Positions 17,705 to 27,974 of a DNA stretch of 64,000 nt are shown in pieces (the stretch's first letter is position 1; each line of letters begins with the position of its first letter). The position numbers and the translations under genes were made by a program. Location: positions 1-64,000 of IMG/VR virus record IMGVR_UViG_3300015265_000001, one strand, 5' to 3'. Below the pieces are notes generated by a model, which saw only the letters and a program-made list of their open reading frames with translations, did not search any database and had not been told where the DNA came from.

Positions 17705-19876
17705 TTATCGGGCTACAGGTCTTACAAAGATACGAGCCAGGTCACCTACGATCGAGTCGTTCACCTTGGCTGCAATGTTGTCAGCCCGGATGCTTTGTTT
17801 CAGATCGAGGGAAATCCCGGTCAGGTTACGGTTGAGGCGAGCGTACTTCATTACGGTGTCAAGGTAATCAACACCTGTCAAACGAGCCAGATAGTTGTTG
17901 TACGCGGTGTCATCGTTGAACAACCGGTTGGCCACCTGCGAAGGGTTGGTCAGATCCAGGATGCTCAGCGAGCGGTCAACAGGAACAGTAATCAGCGGTT
18001 CCAAGTCAACAACCGTGAAATCCATCTTCAGGTTCAGAGGACGACGGTCCAGTGTCCAGCCACCGTCACCAGAACCCAGAGTGAAGTTCAGACTTTCCAT
18101 CATCCCGGTACGAATAATCGAACGAGACTTACAGAAAGCCTTCAACATAAACGGTGAGGTGTACGTCGAACCACCAGCGGTATTAGGAGCAACCATTGGC
18201 AGGAACAAAGACAGCAGCACCCAGATCTTCATGATCTGTTCATACGGGTGAGCGTAGTTGCAGACCGAAGTGATCGAGTAGCTTTCTTTATGCAGGTTTG
18301 TGGTCGAACCATCCCAGTGATCCGCAATCTTTACGTAGCTGTTGTTTACCAACGCCAACGGGATGTTGCCGATTACAGAACCCGACAACGCACCGATAGC
18401 GCCTTCCTTGATAGTGTTGACCACCGAGTCGATGATACCGATACCCGTTGCACCGCCGGCCACGTCGAAACGGAAGTCGTTCGCTGCTTTAACCACCGAG
18501 TTGAATTTCGATGCCATCGGTGAAGGTGAGTGACTGTTGGAGAAGCTGTCCGATACAGGACCTGCCGCACCATCCACCCGGAACGTAATGGCATCCAGAC
18601 CACCAGAGAACGCCGTCTGTACCAGGTCCATTACATCGCCAGCCCAGGTACGGTCGTTCGGGTTGTCTTCGTACGAAATGGTTTGGCCACTTGCAATGGC
18701 GGAGTTACCACCGACCATCGAAGAAGCTGGTTGAGGACGGGTAGACTGTTGGTTAGGGTTAATACCAGGCGTAGCACCTGGAGCACCCAGACTGGAGTTT
18801 TCCATACCTGCACTACTGCCAGCCGCCCCTGCACTGGCCGCTTGGTCAACACCCAACGACGCTACACCTTGTTCTGCGTTGTTGATGTTGCTGTAAGCAG
18901 TTTCGTTGAGATAAGAGCTGTCCTGTTCAATGAACTTACCCTCATCCTCCCCACGGTACTTACCGACCGATCCGAATTCTTTCTCGATAAAGTCTTGGGT
19001 TGGATCACCCGCCCAAACGGTATCGTCGAAAGTAACCTCTTCCATGAGTTGCTGAGCGCGACTAAATTTCTCTTCTGGTGTGGTCAGTGCCTCGTTATCC
19101 ATCGCCGCCAGTTTGTTCAACATGACTCGATGTTTACGAGTACCTTTCATGATCAACCGCATTAAGTCGATCGTGCCGTCTGCGTTGATAACGTCAGGCA
19201 TCAGCAGGCTGAGGTCTTGTACAGCCTTGCTGTTATCGTAATCAGGCTTACGGCCGTACAACGTGTCCGTTTGTTCCTGGTTACGCTTAGGGAGCACGGG
19301 GTCGATATAGCCCAACTTAACCATGAGGTCGTTGAGGATACCGGTGGCCGCCATGGTGTATGCACCCATTGCTGGCTTACAGGTCCAGAAGTTGTTCTTG
19401 GGTGATTCTGCCAGGAACGACAGGAACTGCACACCAATGCTGATCAGCTGCATTGGCCAGAATGCAATAGCCGTTGCTGCCTGACCCATGTAAAACGCAG
19501 TACCTGGAGCACGGCCTTTGTTAGCAATGATCGCCGCTGTAGGGCTGAACATGTTGGTGATGAAACTGAGCAACCCTGCAAACTGAGGGACACTTGGGGT
19601 AAGGGTAAGAAGGGTAACGTTGTTCTCGTACACCTCTTTGTACATGCTACCCATGCCGCCTTCCTGAGAGTTCAGGAAACGGCTGTAGCGAGGGTCGGTG
19701 GCAGGACTGCTTTGAGGAATAGGGTTAACGTAGCGGTTGTCGCCTGTCGCGCTGCTAAACACGTTGAAGTAACGATCCCAGTCCATTTGCTGTAGCAGGT
19801 CACTGGGTTGGACACCACGTGTAAGCAATCGAAACGACTTGGTGACAATGTCTCGATCTCGAATCGTTACGGCCAT
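17705..19876 (-). CDS. Virion structural (baseplate-associated) protein, phiKZ gp182-like
   Basis: 723 aa, directly downstream of the gp181-like gene; SYTSPF…G…SL.FTLG.G motif; central low-complexity linker. Confidence 0.65.
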   Translation of the reverse strand: MAVTIRDRDIVTKSFRLLTRGVQPSDLLQQMDWDRYFNVFSSATGDNRYVNPIPQSSPATDPRYSRFLNSQEGGMGSMYKEVYENNVTLLTLTPSVPQFAGLLSFITNMFSPTAAIIANKGRAPGTAFYMGQAATAIAFWPMQLISIGVQFLSFLAESPKNNFWTCKPAMGAYTMAATGILNDLMVKLGYIDPVLPKRNQEQTDTLYGRKPDYDNSKAVQDLSLLMPDVINADGTIDLMRLIMKGTRKHRVMLNKLAAMDNEALTTPEEKFSRAQQLMEEVTFDDTVWAGDPTQDFIEKEFGSVGKYRGEDEGKFIEQDSSYLNETAYSNINNAEQGVASLGVDQAASAGAAGSSAGMENSSLGAPGATPGINPNQQSTRPQPASSMVGGNSAIASGQTISYEDNPNDRTWAGDVMDLVQTAFSGGLDAITFRVDGAAGPVSDSFSNSHSPSPMASKFNSVVKAANDFRFDVAGGATGIGIIDSVVNTIKEGAIGALSGSVIGNIPLALVNNSYVKIADHWDGSTTNLHKESYSITSVCNYAHPYEQIMKIWVLLSLFLPMVAPNTAGGSTYTSPFMLKAFCKSRSIIRTGMMESLNFTLGSGDGGWTLDRRPLNLKMDFTVVDLEPLITVPVDRSLSILDLTNPSQVANRLFNDDTAYNNYLARLTGVDYLDTVMKYARLNRNLTGISLDLKQSIRADNIAAKVNDSIVGDLARIFVRPVAR

Positions 19877-19895
19877 TGATAAATACCTGGTTTGT

Positions 19896-19932
19896 GAAAA
19901 TAAAAAAGAAGAGGTGGGTGTGACCCCACCTC
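19896..19932 (-). terminator. Intrinsic terminator after the giant tail gene
   Basis: GAGGTGGG/CCCACCTC stem followed on the minus strand by TTCTTTTTTATTTTC. Confidence 0.7.
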
Positions 19933-19940
19933 CTATACAG

Positions 19941-22900
19941 TCAGATGTTTACGCTGTTAGGCGCAGGCTCTGAGTTCTTCGCCATCTTTTCCAGCAGGCT
20001 ATGAATGCCAGCCAACAGTTGGTTGGTGTCACTCTGCTTACTTGTACCCTCACCGACAGCACTGGTGAGTTTCTCCATCAAGCCACCTGGATCTGCTGGG
20101 GCAGGCTCCTGGTTACTGGCTTGTTGTTTAGGCACTTGTTTGCCATAACCTTCTGGTAGAGGCTGACGATTACCCTGAGGAACATCGTTAGGACCAGCCA
20201 CAGGGCCTTGAGGGTTATCCGTGGTTCTGGCCCCGCCTGGCAACGGCAGGTTGGTGTATGGACCAGGGATTGCTCCCCCACCCGCTCCTGGTGCAGTTTG
20301 TGTACCACCTGCTTCAGGGGCATTGCTCTTCATTGCCGGAGTTGGAGTGGTCGTCGTGTCTGGCGGAGTCGACGGCATTTGACCTGGATCGTACTGCTGA
20401 TCTTTGGCTGTTACCGTACCGCCCGCTGTTGTATCCTGACCTGCTGGCTGAGCAGCACCGGCAGCTTGAGCAAACCTGTCAGCTGCTTCTTTGGACTTGA
20501 AGCCCACGTGCACATGACCACCAGTAGCACCAGCCGAAGCTTTAGCGTACTCGTTAAGCAACAGGAAGTCAGCAGGCCCCAGGTTAGCGGTCCGCAAGAT
20601 ACCTGCTACAATGCTCATGGCCTGACTAGCACCACTTGCACCGTTGGTCAAGGTAAAGTCCAACGCCAATCCTTGCGCGTGCTTGGATTGAGGTTTTACA
20701 CGTTGATGGTACGCGTCGTTCAACGCAGAGAAGTAACGGAAGTTAGGAACCTGAGTCTGGATCAGTTGCGCCAGACGGTTAATGCCAGGGTGAGCGTTAC
20801 CGCCCGCAATGGCCTCTCCTGACTTAAGACGCAAGCCACTCGAGTTAATACCCGTACCGCCACCTACCAGAGAACCAGGAGCCCCACCGCCGGCACCCGC
20901 CATACCACCGCTGTAGTCCGCACCACCGCCTCCTGGAGCCATCAAGCTTGGAGGAGTACCGTAGGCCGCCGCGTTACGCGAACCGCCACCAGGAGCCACA
21001 CCGATCGTTGGAGTGTTACCCCCACCAATGGTTGGACCCCCACCTCCGCCATACATCGAACCCGCACCCATGGTAGGTGCAACGTTCGTGCCTTGAGCGC
21101 TCGCATCATCCGCTTTCAACTGACCGCTGGTGAGTTGCTTCAGGTAGTCAGTGTAGAGCTGGAAGCGCTTAGGCATGCCTGGCAATGCATTACCACCATT
21201 CAAGCCGGTGGCCGCACGACCAAAGTCGCCGTCTGCTGTGATGCTTTGCAGGAGCTTACTGTTCTTGTAGAAGTTGACCGCAATCGCTGCCATAACGTTT
21301 GGATCGTTCGACGCCAGCTCTGGGTTGTTAACCAGGTCAATGCCCAGCTGTTGTCCAATGCGTGCGTACTGCGCCCGACCCGTCAGTTGTACCAAGCCAC
21401 GACCACGATACTTCCACCCATCCCCTGGGGCAACGTTGCCCAACGATTGACCTTTACCACCACCGTAAACAGTGTTGGCAATAGCCACAGGACCAGCCGC
21501 AATAAGCGCTCGCGCCTGTGCCAGACTAGTGACCTCACGGAAGGTCTTCATCAGGTTCTCAGGAGTGGTGTAGTTCATGTTTTCTACGGTACGACCAAAA
21601 CCACCGGTCTCGTAGTTGGTGAGCGCCAACATCTCAGCAATAGCGCGAGGGTCAGTAAAGCCCTGTTTCAACATCTCGCGAATGATGAGCTGTTCTGCCA
21701 ACGTTTTAGGGACCTTAACACCGTTATCCTTACCATCGGCCGCCTGCACGCCACTCAAGTCCAGGTGACTGGTGTCGCTGTCGCCTGTGAGCGGTTGGTA
21801 GCCGTAGGAATTACCCGGGGTCTGATAAGCACCGCCCAGGTTAAAGGTGTTGCCCGTACCTGAACCACGACTGGTACTTGTACCGTATTGCCCGCCCAAG
21901 GCAACGTCGCGACTATTTCTAGCCTTGCTCACATCATCGATGTTTGCTTGCTTCGTTGTAAAGTCACCACCCACCTTGCGAGGGGAGATTTCTTTAGCCC
22001 AGGCACTGGTACTGGTTTTCCCAGCTTCTTTCTCTGGATCCTTCAGCTTAGCCGTTGTACTCGCCTCACCCAGGATGTTCAGCATCCGGTCTACCCGGTC
22101 TGGCTTACCTGGAGACACGGAGTCTTTAAACGGAGCAGCCCTGACAACCCAAATCGGTACCAACAGCCCACGTCCTGGTTCCACCTTAGTCTCTACCAGC
22201 CCTCGGGCGATCTCGTAACGTGCAGTAACCGACAGCGTTCTCCAAACCACACCCGGGTTACCCCGACGGTAGTTTTGCATCAGGTTGAAGTAGTTGATGA
22301 GTACTGGCATGAACCGGTCTTTAAACCACCGGCACCAGTTGTCTGCATCACCTGCATCAAGGCGGAAGGAATCCTTGAAGATACCGAACATGTCACCGAC
22401 TTGACCTTTGAACTGAGCACCCCCTTCAGAAATCACCATCAGGGATTCGCAGTAGCGTTCCAGTTTCAGAACGGCTTCTACGCGCCAGGTTAGATCGAGG
22501 TCGTTACCGTAGCACGCCAAACGAATACCGGTGAGCATATCCACCGGACGGTTATCAGGCAGCAAGTCCTTGATAAAGACCTGAGCTGCAACCGCAGACA
22601 CCTTGTAGGTACTGTTCAGCTGATTAAGCTGATTGTTCACCTCACTCAGGCGCTTCTTCGCTGCATCGACGTTTTGGATACGTTCGTTACCACTGCCGAA
22701 AGCACTCAGCGGGCCGTTCAGTTTATCCTGGAGTGTCTGTTGTTCCTTTTGCAGCATGGCGACACTTTCAGGAGTTCTGATAGGTGCATCATCAGCTTTC
22801 GCATCGGTCTTGCGATCGATGTATTGCTTTAACTCTTCGAGCAAGTTGTTGCAACGGACAACGGTAGCCTTCTCGCCCAGCAGCGGGGTCTCCTGATCGA

Positions 22901-25900
22901 TCTTAGCCACAATCGAGTAAGGATACGGCATCACTGAACCGAGGGTCTGGTGGACCTGCTTAGCCACCTTGTAGACGTCTTGGCTAACCGCGTCGTCATA
23001 TTCCTTCAATGACTTCAACTTGATAACATCCAAGCAAGCCATGTAGGTCATGAAGACAGGTTTGAAACGACCGTTGAACCAACTGAACACGCTACCGATC
23101 TGCGTCTTGTCATTGGCGTTGGGGATGAAAGCTTGCAGAACTTCTTGCAACGGCGCATCCTTAGACAGCGATGCCTTGCCATTACCAATTACCACGAAGT
23201 CTTTCAGCTTCTCTTCAACCTGGAGAATCTTCTTCGCCAGATCGCTGTCTGGGTCAGACACACCGTATTGCGTCATGCGGAGTTCGTACTGCTTACCCGA
23301 ACCGCGTTTCACGTAACGATAAATGCCGTAACCAATCGCACCGACGGCGAGCACACCCAGCGTAATCGGGTTGAACAGCAGAGGAGCGGCCATGCCCCAT
23401 GCAGCCGAAGCCGCAGTCCCTGCACCTGCCGCCAGAGCACCTACCCCAATGTCTATCCCACCCGCCGCAGCAACGCTGGCTGCCATCTGGTAAGTACCCA
23501 AGGCGGTAGTTGCCGTACTCGCAATATCCCCAATCTTCTCCAGCGCCCCGCCTTCGTCGATCACGCCAGAACTGACTAGAGCATCAACACCCATACCCAC
23601 CGCAAGACCAGCTCCCACTTTCAAACCGCCGTTCTTGAAACGACCGTAATGGGATTTGCGACCAGCGCGGATCCTGTCGCGTTCAGCCTTGGTGCGCTTC
23701 TTACCACGAAGATGATCCAAAGCATCACCACCAGCGCCTGCCAGTCCTTCGCCACGAACCATGGCAAAGATCCCTTTAGCAATCGCCCCGATCCCTGTGG
23801 CGATAAACGGCAGAGTCTTGAGGCCCATACTGGCAAAGCTACCCAGAATCTTGAAGCTGTTCCACCACGAGCCGGTGAAGAACTTAGTCAGACCGAAGAT
23901 ACCGCCGGCAATTGCACCCAGACCGTCTTTCAACAGACCGAAGATGCCCTGACCTTTCTCCTTGTCTTTCTTATTCCCCCCACCAAAGAACCCCATACCC
24001 TGACTCATTTTGATCAAGGCATCTTTGGCGTCGCTGTCCTTCTTCTCTTTAGCCTTGGCGTCCTTATCGGCACGAGAGTTCAGTCGGACGTCTTGCTCGG
24101 GTTGCTCACCCAATTGCTCGCGAACACGCTTCTTGATTTCTTCGCTGACAGAACCGTAAGCACCACCCTTACCATTCCGATCGGCTTCTTCCCGACGTTC
24201 CACTTCCTCTGGGCTCACTTCTTGTTGCTGAGCGTTCTTCGGAATTTCCAGTGGATCGCCCTTACCGTCTTTCTTGTCATAAGCCGAGCCTTTCAGCTTA
24301 ACTTTCAACTTAGGCGGTTTGACTGGTGTTACGGGGATAGTGGTTTCCTCCCCGTCGACAACAGCGGGTGCAGTTGGAGCAGTCGGTACTTCCTCCTGGT
24401 ATCCCCAATGTTTCAACATCAGGTGGTAGATACGGTCAACCGAGTGAACGATCGGACTATAGTCAGCCTTAAAGACATTTGCAGCGCCGTCCTTAGCCTT
24501 ACCAAAGGCAGGAGCCGCTTTAGCCCTGGCTTTGTTGAACAGACCCATGGCCATAGAGCCGAAGCTCTTACCAGCCGCACCCAGCTTGTTGATGCTCACA
24601 CCCATCGAGGTTTTCAGACCGCGGTCGTATTCCTCTTGGGTAATGATGATCTCGCCATTCTCGTCATAGACGGGTCCGTCGATCTCATGCCAGCCGGTCA
24701 GCTGTACAGCCTGTCCACCTTCACCACGTTTCCAGTAAGCACCAGTGGCAAAGCGCTTACCGACCAAGGTAGGTGAACTTTCCCCTTCCTTGTAAACGTC
24801 CATCTGGTGGAAACGGTTAACGATCTTGTCCTTCAGCGCAACGGCTCGGCCAAATGGATCAGCCCAACGGAAAGCACGCATGGTCAAGTCGCGAATCTTG
24901 CTCAGGCCACTGAGGAGCACTTCCTTGTTCTCAGCAGTGAACAATTTCGCCGACAGACGACGAGCACCAATCACAACGCCGTTGTAGGCATCGGTACTGA
25001 TGATCTTGATGCTGCCGGTGATTTCGTTCCAGGCGTTAATGATCTTGTTCTTGGTCATGTCGTAATACTGACCGTCCTGGAGTCGCTTGGATTCCAGGAT
25101 AGGGGTATCCGACCCTTCCTCGTAGAGATCTTCAGTATCCTTGGCCGCCCGTGTCATTGCCATGCCGCGCAGTTTGCTGTAACCCACCGCAACGGCCGCA
25201 CCACCCGCCATCAAAGCAGCGGCTTTTGGATCGTGCAGGGCGTAGGTTGCCAGACCGCCCAACAGACCGCCCAGGATCAGCGGTTCTGCATCAAGCAGTT
25301 TACCCACACCCTTGTTGAACATGTCCTTCAGATTCGTTGCTTTCAACCGATCGATGATCGACCGCTTACCGGCTTCGATGTCCCGCTTGGCTTCTGGAGT
25401 ACTGTTCTTGCTGTTATCAGGCTGGCTGTTGAGGATGCGAGTCAGAAGGTCATTACGCTCCCCACCCATCTCCACCAAACGCTTAACCTGGTCGTTCAGA
25501 CTGCCGATGCCCGAAGTAACCGGCCCGAGGTCCAGCAACTGTCCCAGTGGGTGACTAGGACCCATGTTGTGAATCGCTGTCTTCAAATCACCCATTGACG
25601 CCAGGGATTCAGTCAGCTTGTCCATTCCTTGGACTTTAATGCCCTCTGCGGCTTCGTCTCCGCCGATTACAGGCGTTCTACCACCGAACTGCGGCACTGC
25701 GTAAGGGATGCCATTAAAACCGCCTGCACGAGTCGGTAGAGGTGCCTGATCAGGAACACCTTTATTACGACGACTTGGATCAGCGATGTAAGAAGCAATC
25801 GCCTGCTTGATCATGTCCATGTTGATGTCATCACGGTTATACTCATCCGTGACGATCAGACCTGATTCTTTCAGTGCGTCGTAACTGCCGGTGCCTTTAT

Positions 25901-27947
25901 GGATGTCCAGCTGTGCAGCAATGTCCGGAACCAGGTTACCCAGGCTACGAACAGCGTCAGCCACACCCACGACATTCTTCCGGGCCTTTTCAGTTGGCAG
26001 GTAACCCGCCATCTTGATCCGGTCCACATCACTACCCGTTTCGAAGTCGTTGATGTGTTTGTCGGTAATGTCGAAAGCAGCCTTCATGGCACGGCGGATT
26101 TCCTTAGCGATTTTTGGAGAGACATCGGAATGCTCATCCAGCTTCAGGAAGTTCCAAGGCGTGAACGCCTCTTCCTTATCGCTACCCATGATCAGTTCCA
26201 TCGCCAGCGCACGTTTGGCCTCAGGGCTGAGCGTGCCCATACCCAGTTGATCAATCGTGTCGGTGATGTTGTTCGAAGACTGAGCCACCGAACTGAAACT
26301 GTTACGATCCAGAACCTTGTTAACGACGTTGTTAACTTTCTGGTCATGGGTCATGAACCGCGCTTTCACGTAGTCATACGACATAGGCTTCAGACGGTCA
26401 TCACCAGTACGTTGTTTTTCCAACGACAAGTGAATCTGACTCAGCCACTGAGGAATGATTTCGTTCAGCGTGCGGTCACTGCGGCGGTTCCACTGAGCTT
26501 GCTCGTAGCTGTCAGCCAGCGTACGGTTAGTCAGGGAGTAACGGTTGCCGCTGCTGGACCAAGTGTTTTCATAGATCGAACCCAGGCCTTTGTTACCAGC
26601 TTTCTTCAAACCGGTCAGGACTTCCCATTCCAGTTTGGCAACAGGCTTAACACCAGGGGCCAGCGACGCCAGGTACTCATCGTAGTCAGCATGAGCATTC
26701 AGGTCCATGTCGCCGGCGTAGTGACGCTGCATGGCGTTGATCAAGCCAGTCGCGTTACCGGTGGTGTAGGTTGCGACGTTACCCAGGTCCTCCATTCGCT
26801 TATAGGCGTCTTCCGCCCACTTCGCTTGTTTCGGATAGTTCTTCTTGAACTTGGCCAGGTACTCACGCGCCTTACCAGACTTCAAGAGACGAGGGAGGTT
26901 GCTGATGAACAATCCAGCCGCCGCGTTACCAGCGATGTCGCCGAGATTGAGGTTCATACCCTCAGTCATTTCAGCAGCCATGCGGATAGAGCCTACAACG
27001 TCGCCTACGGCCTGTATCGAGTCACCCCTGGCGTCCTTACCGAACTTCTCGTTAATGAAGTCAGAGATACCGCCAAACTTGCTCTTGACGGTGTTGAAGA
27101 ACTCAGACCGAATTTGTTTGCGGATGGCTTGGCTGTGAGAGGTCTTCTCATAGTCGGACATCTTCGAGAATTCGCGGATGCTCTTCAGTTCGGTGATAAC
27201 CCGGTGCTGAGCCGCTTCCTGGAACTTGTAGTATTTAGCGTTCGTCAAGTACATCCGTGTCATGACGTTGAGTTGCATGGCGTCGTTGCGTGCCTGCACT
27301 CGGCGCTGATGATCGATCAGCTGTTCCATGAGTTGGTTATTGCGCACCAACGCACGGTTCAAGGTGTTCAAGCCACCGATGGTACGACCACCCACCTCAG
27401 ACATCATACTCATCGTACGGTCTGCGATGTTCTCCATGGTCTCGCGCTCTAACAGCGAGTTAGCCTCGCCGGCTTCGAGCACCATCTTGATCTCTTCTTC
27501 ACTGGTACCTTCCATCCGAGGAGTCTCTTCACCACTCGAAATATCGGGTTTTTCCCAGTCAGAGAAATCGTGATCACTGAATTTCATCAGTTGATCGGAG
27601 ATTTTATTAGGACCCCCTTTACCCAGTTTGGATGCGGCCCTTTTTGCGAGATACTGGAGATCCTGTACCGTCTGGTAACTTTCTCCCTTAATCTCCTCCA
27701 TCACCTCGCGGCGGCGCTGGTTCAGTTGAGCAACGTTACTGAACGCCCCGAGCCACGTATTGGGCAAAGCCATTTTGAGGGTGTTGATCCTGGCGTCTGT
27801 ATCGCCGATCGTTTTACCGACGACACCCGACAGGAAGCCTGTTGCGAAGCTTCTGACAAAACCATGTTTGGGTTTATCAAAATCGTCGTCAAAGTCTAGA
27901 TCGCCATCAAAGGGATCTTCACCCCATGAATCGAAATCATCGGCCAT
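19941..27947 (-). CDS. Giant tail-associated peptidoglycan hydrolase (phiKZ gp181/EL gp183-like) with a GH19 domain and an M15-like peptidase domain
   Basis: 2668 aa, divergent from the RNAP beta' gene. GH19 motifs: YETGGF..VENMNY and GDGWKYRGRGLVQLTGR. After a Gly-rich linker comes SKHAQGLALDF…GHVHVG. Hydrophobic Gly/Ala segments lie mid-protein. Confidence 0.85.
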   Translation of the reverse strand: MADDFDSWGEDPFDGDLDFDDDFDKPKHGFVRSFATGFLSGVVGKTIGDTDARINTLKMALPNTWLGAFSNVAQLNQRRREVMEEIKGESYQTVQDLQYLAKRAASKLGKGGPNKISDQLMKFSDHDFSDWEKPDISSGEETPRMEGTSEEEIKMVLEAGEANSLLERETMENIADRTMSMMSEVGGRTIGGLNTLNRALVRNNQLMEQLIDHQRRVQARNDAMQLNVMTRMYLTNAKYYKFQEAAQHRVITELKSIREFSKMSDYEKTSHSQAIRKQIRSEFFNTVKSKFGGISDFINEKFGKDARGDSIQAVGDVVGSIRMAAEMTEGMNLNLGDIAGNAAAGLFISNLPRLLKSGKAREYLAKFKKNYPKQAKWAEDAYKRMEDLGNVATYTTGNATGLINAMQRHYAGDMDLNAHADYDEYLASLAPGVKPVAKLEWEVLTGLKKAGNKGLGSIYENTWSSSGNRYSLTNRTLADSYEQAQWNRRSDRTLNEIIPQWLSQIHLSLEKQRTGDDRLKPMSYDYVKARFMTHDQKVNNVVNKVLDRNSFSSVAQSSNNITDTIDQLGMGTLSPEAKRALAMELIMGSDKEEAFTPWNFLKLDEHSDVSPKIAKEIRRAMKAAFDITDKHINDFETGSDVDRIKMAGYLPTEKARKNVVGVADAVRSLGNLVPDIAAQLDIHKGTGSYDALKESGLIVTDEYNRDDINMDMIKQAIASYIADPSRRNKGVPDQAPLPTRAGGFNGIPYAVPQFGGRTPVIGGDEAAEGIKVQGMDKLTESLASMGDLKTAIHNMGPSHPLGQLLDLGPVTSGIGSLNDQVKRLVEMGGERNDLLTRILNSQPDNSKNSTPEAKRDIEAGKRSIIDRLKATNLKDMFNKGVGKLLDAEPLILGGLLGGLATYALHDPKAAALMAGGAAVAVGYSKLRGMAMTRAAKDTEDLYEEGSDTPILESKRLQDGQYYDMTKNKIINAWNEITGSIKIISTDAYNGVVIGARRLSAKLFTAENKEVLLSGLSKIRDLTMRAFRWADPFGRAVALKDKIVNRFHQMDVYKEGESSPTLVGKRFATGAYWKRGEGGQAVQLTGWHEIDGPVYDENGEIIITQEEYDRGLKTSMGVSINKLGAAGKSFGSMAMGLFNKARAKAAPAFGKAKDGAANVFKADYSPIVHSVDRIYHLMLKHWGYQEEVPTAPTAPAVVDGEETTIPVTPVKPPKLKVKLKGSAYDKKDGKGDPLEIPKNAQQQEVSPEEVERREEADRNGKGGAYGSVSEEIKKRVREQLGEQPEQDVRLNSRADKDAKAKEKKDSDAKDALIKMSQGMGFFGGGNKKDKEKGQGIFGLLKDGLGAIAGGIFGLTKFFTGSWWNSFKILGSFASMGLKTLPFIATGIGAIAKGIFAMVRGEGLAGAGGDALDHLRGKKRTKAERDRIRAGRKSHYGRFKNGGLKVGAGLAVGMGVDALVSSGVIDEGGALEKIGDIASTATTALGTYQMAASVAAAGGIDIGVGALAAGAGTAASAAWGMAAPLLFNPITLGVLAVGAIGYGIYRYVKRGSGKQYELRMTQYGVSDPDSDLAKKILQVEEKLKDFVVIGNGKASLSKDAPLQEVLQAFIPNANDKTQIGSVFSWFNGRFKPVFMTYMACLDVIKLKSLKEYDDAVSQDVYKVAKQVHQTLGSVMPYPYSIVAKIDQETPLLGEKATVVRCNNLLEELKQYIDRKTDAKADDAPIRTPESVAMLQKEQQTLQDKLNGPLSAFGSGNERIQNVDAAKKRLSEVNNQLNQLNSTYKVSAVAAQVFIKDLLPDNRPVDMLTGIRLACYGNDLDLTWRVEAVLKLERYCESLMVISEGGAQFKGQVGDMFGIFKDSFRLDAGDADNWCRWFKDRFMPVLINYFNLMQNYRRGNPGVVWRTLSVTARYEIARGLVETKVEPGRGLLVPIWVVRAAPFKDSVSPGKPDRVDRMLNILGEASTTAKLKDPEKEAGKTSTSAWAKEISPRKVGGDFTTKQANIDDVSKARNSRDVALGGQYGTSTSRGSGTGNTFNLGGAYQTPGNSYGYQPLTGDSDTSHLDLSGVQAADGKDNGVKVPKTLAEQLIIREMLKQGFTDPRAIAEMLALTNYETGGFGRTVENMNYTTPENLMKTFREVTSLAQARALIAAGPVAIANTVYGGGKGQSLGNVAPGDGWKYRGRGLVQLTGRAQYARIGQQLGIDLVNNPELASNDPNVMAAIAVNFYKNSKLLQSITADGDFGRAATGLNGGNALPGMPKRFQLYTDYLKQLTSGQLKADDASAQGTNVAPTMGAGSMYGGGGGPTIGGGNTPTIGVAPGGGSRNAAAYGTPPSLMAPGGGGADYSGGMAGAGGGAPGSLVGGGTGINSSGLRLKSGEAIAGGNAHPGINRLAQLIQTQVPNFRYFSALNDAYHQRVKPQSKHAQGLALDFTLTNGASGASQAMSIVAGILRTANLGPADFLLLNEYAKASAGATGGHVHVGFKSKEAADRFAQAAGAAQPAGQDTTAGGTVTAKDQQYDPGQMPSTPPDTTTTPTPAMKSNAPEAGGTQTAPGAGGGAIPGPYTNLPLPGGARTTDNPQGPVAGPNDVPQGNRQPLPEGYGKQVPKQQASNQEPAPADPGGLMEKLTSAVGEGTSKQSDTNQLLAGIHSLLEKMAKNSEPAPNSVNI

Positions 27948-27974
27948 CTTTAACTCCTAAGGGATAATTTTTAA

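Noticed and set aside
20820-21100. Gly-rich GGN/CCN repeats as a DNA tandem repeat
   Set aside because: This is protein-level low complexity with varied codons, not a nucleotide repeat array.
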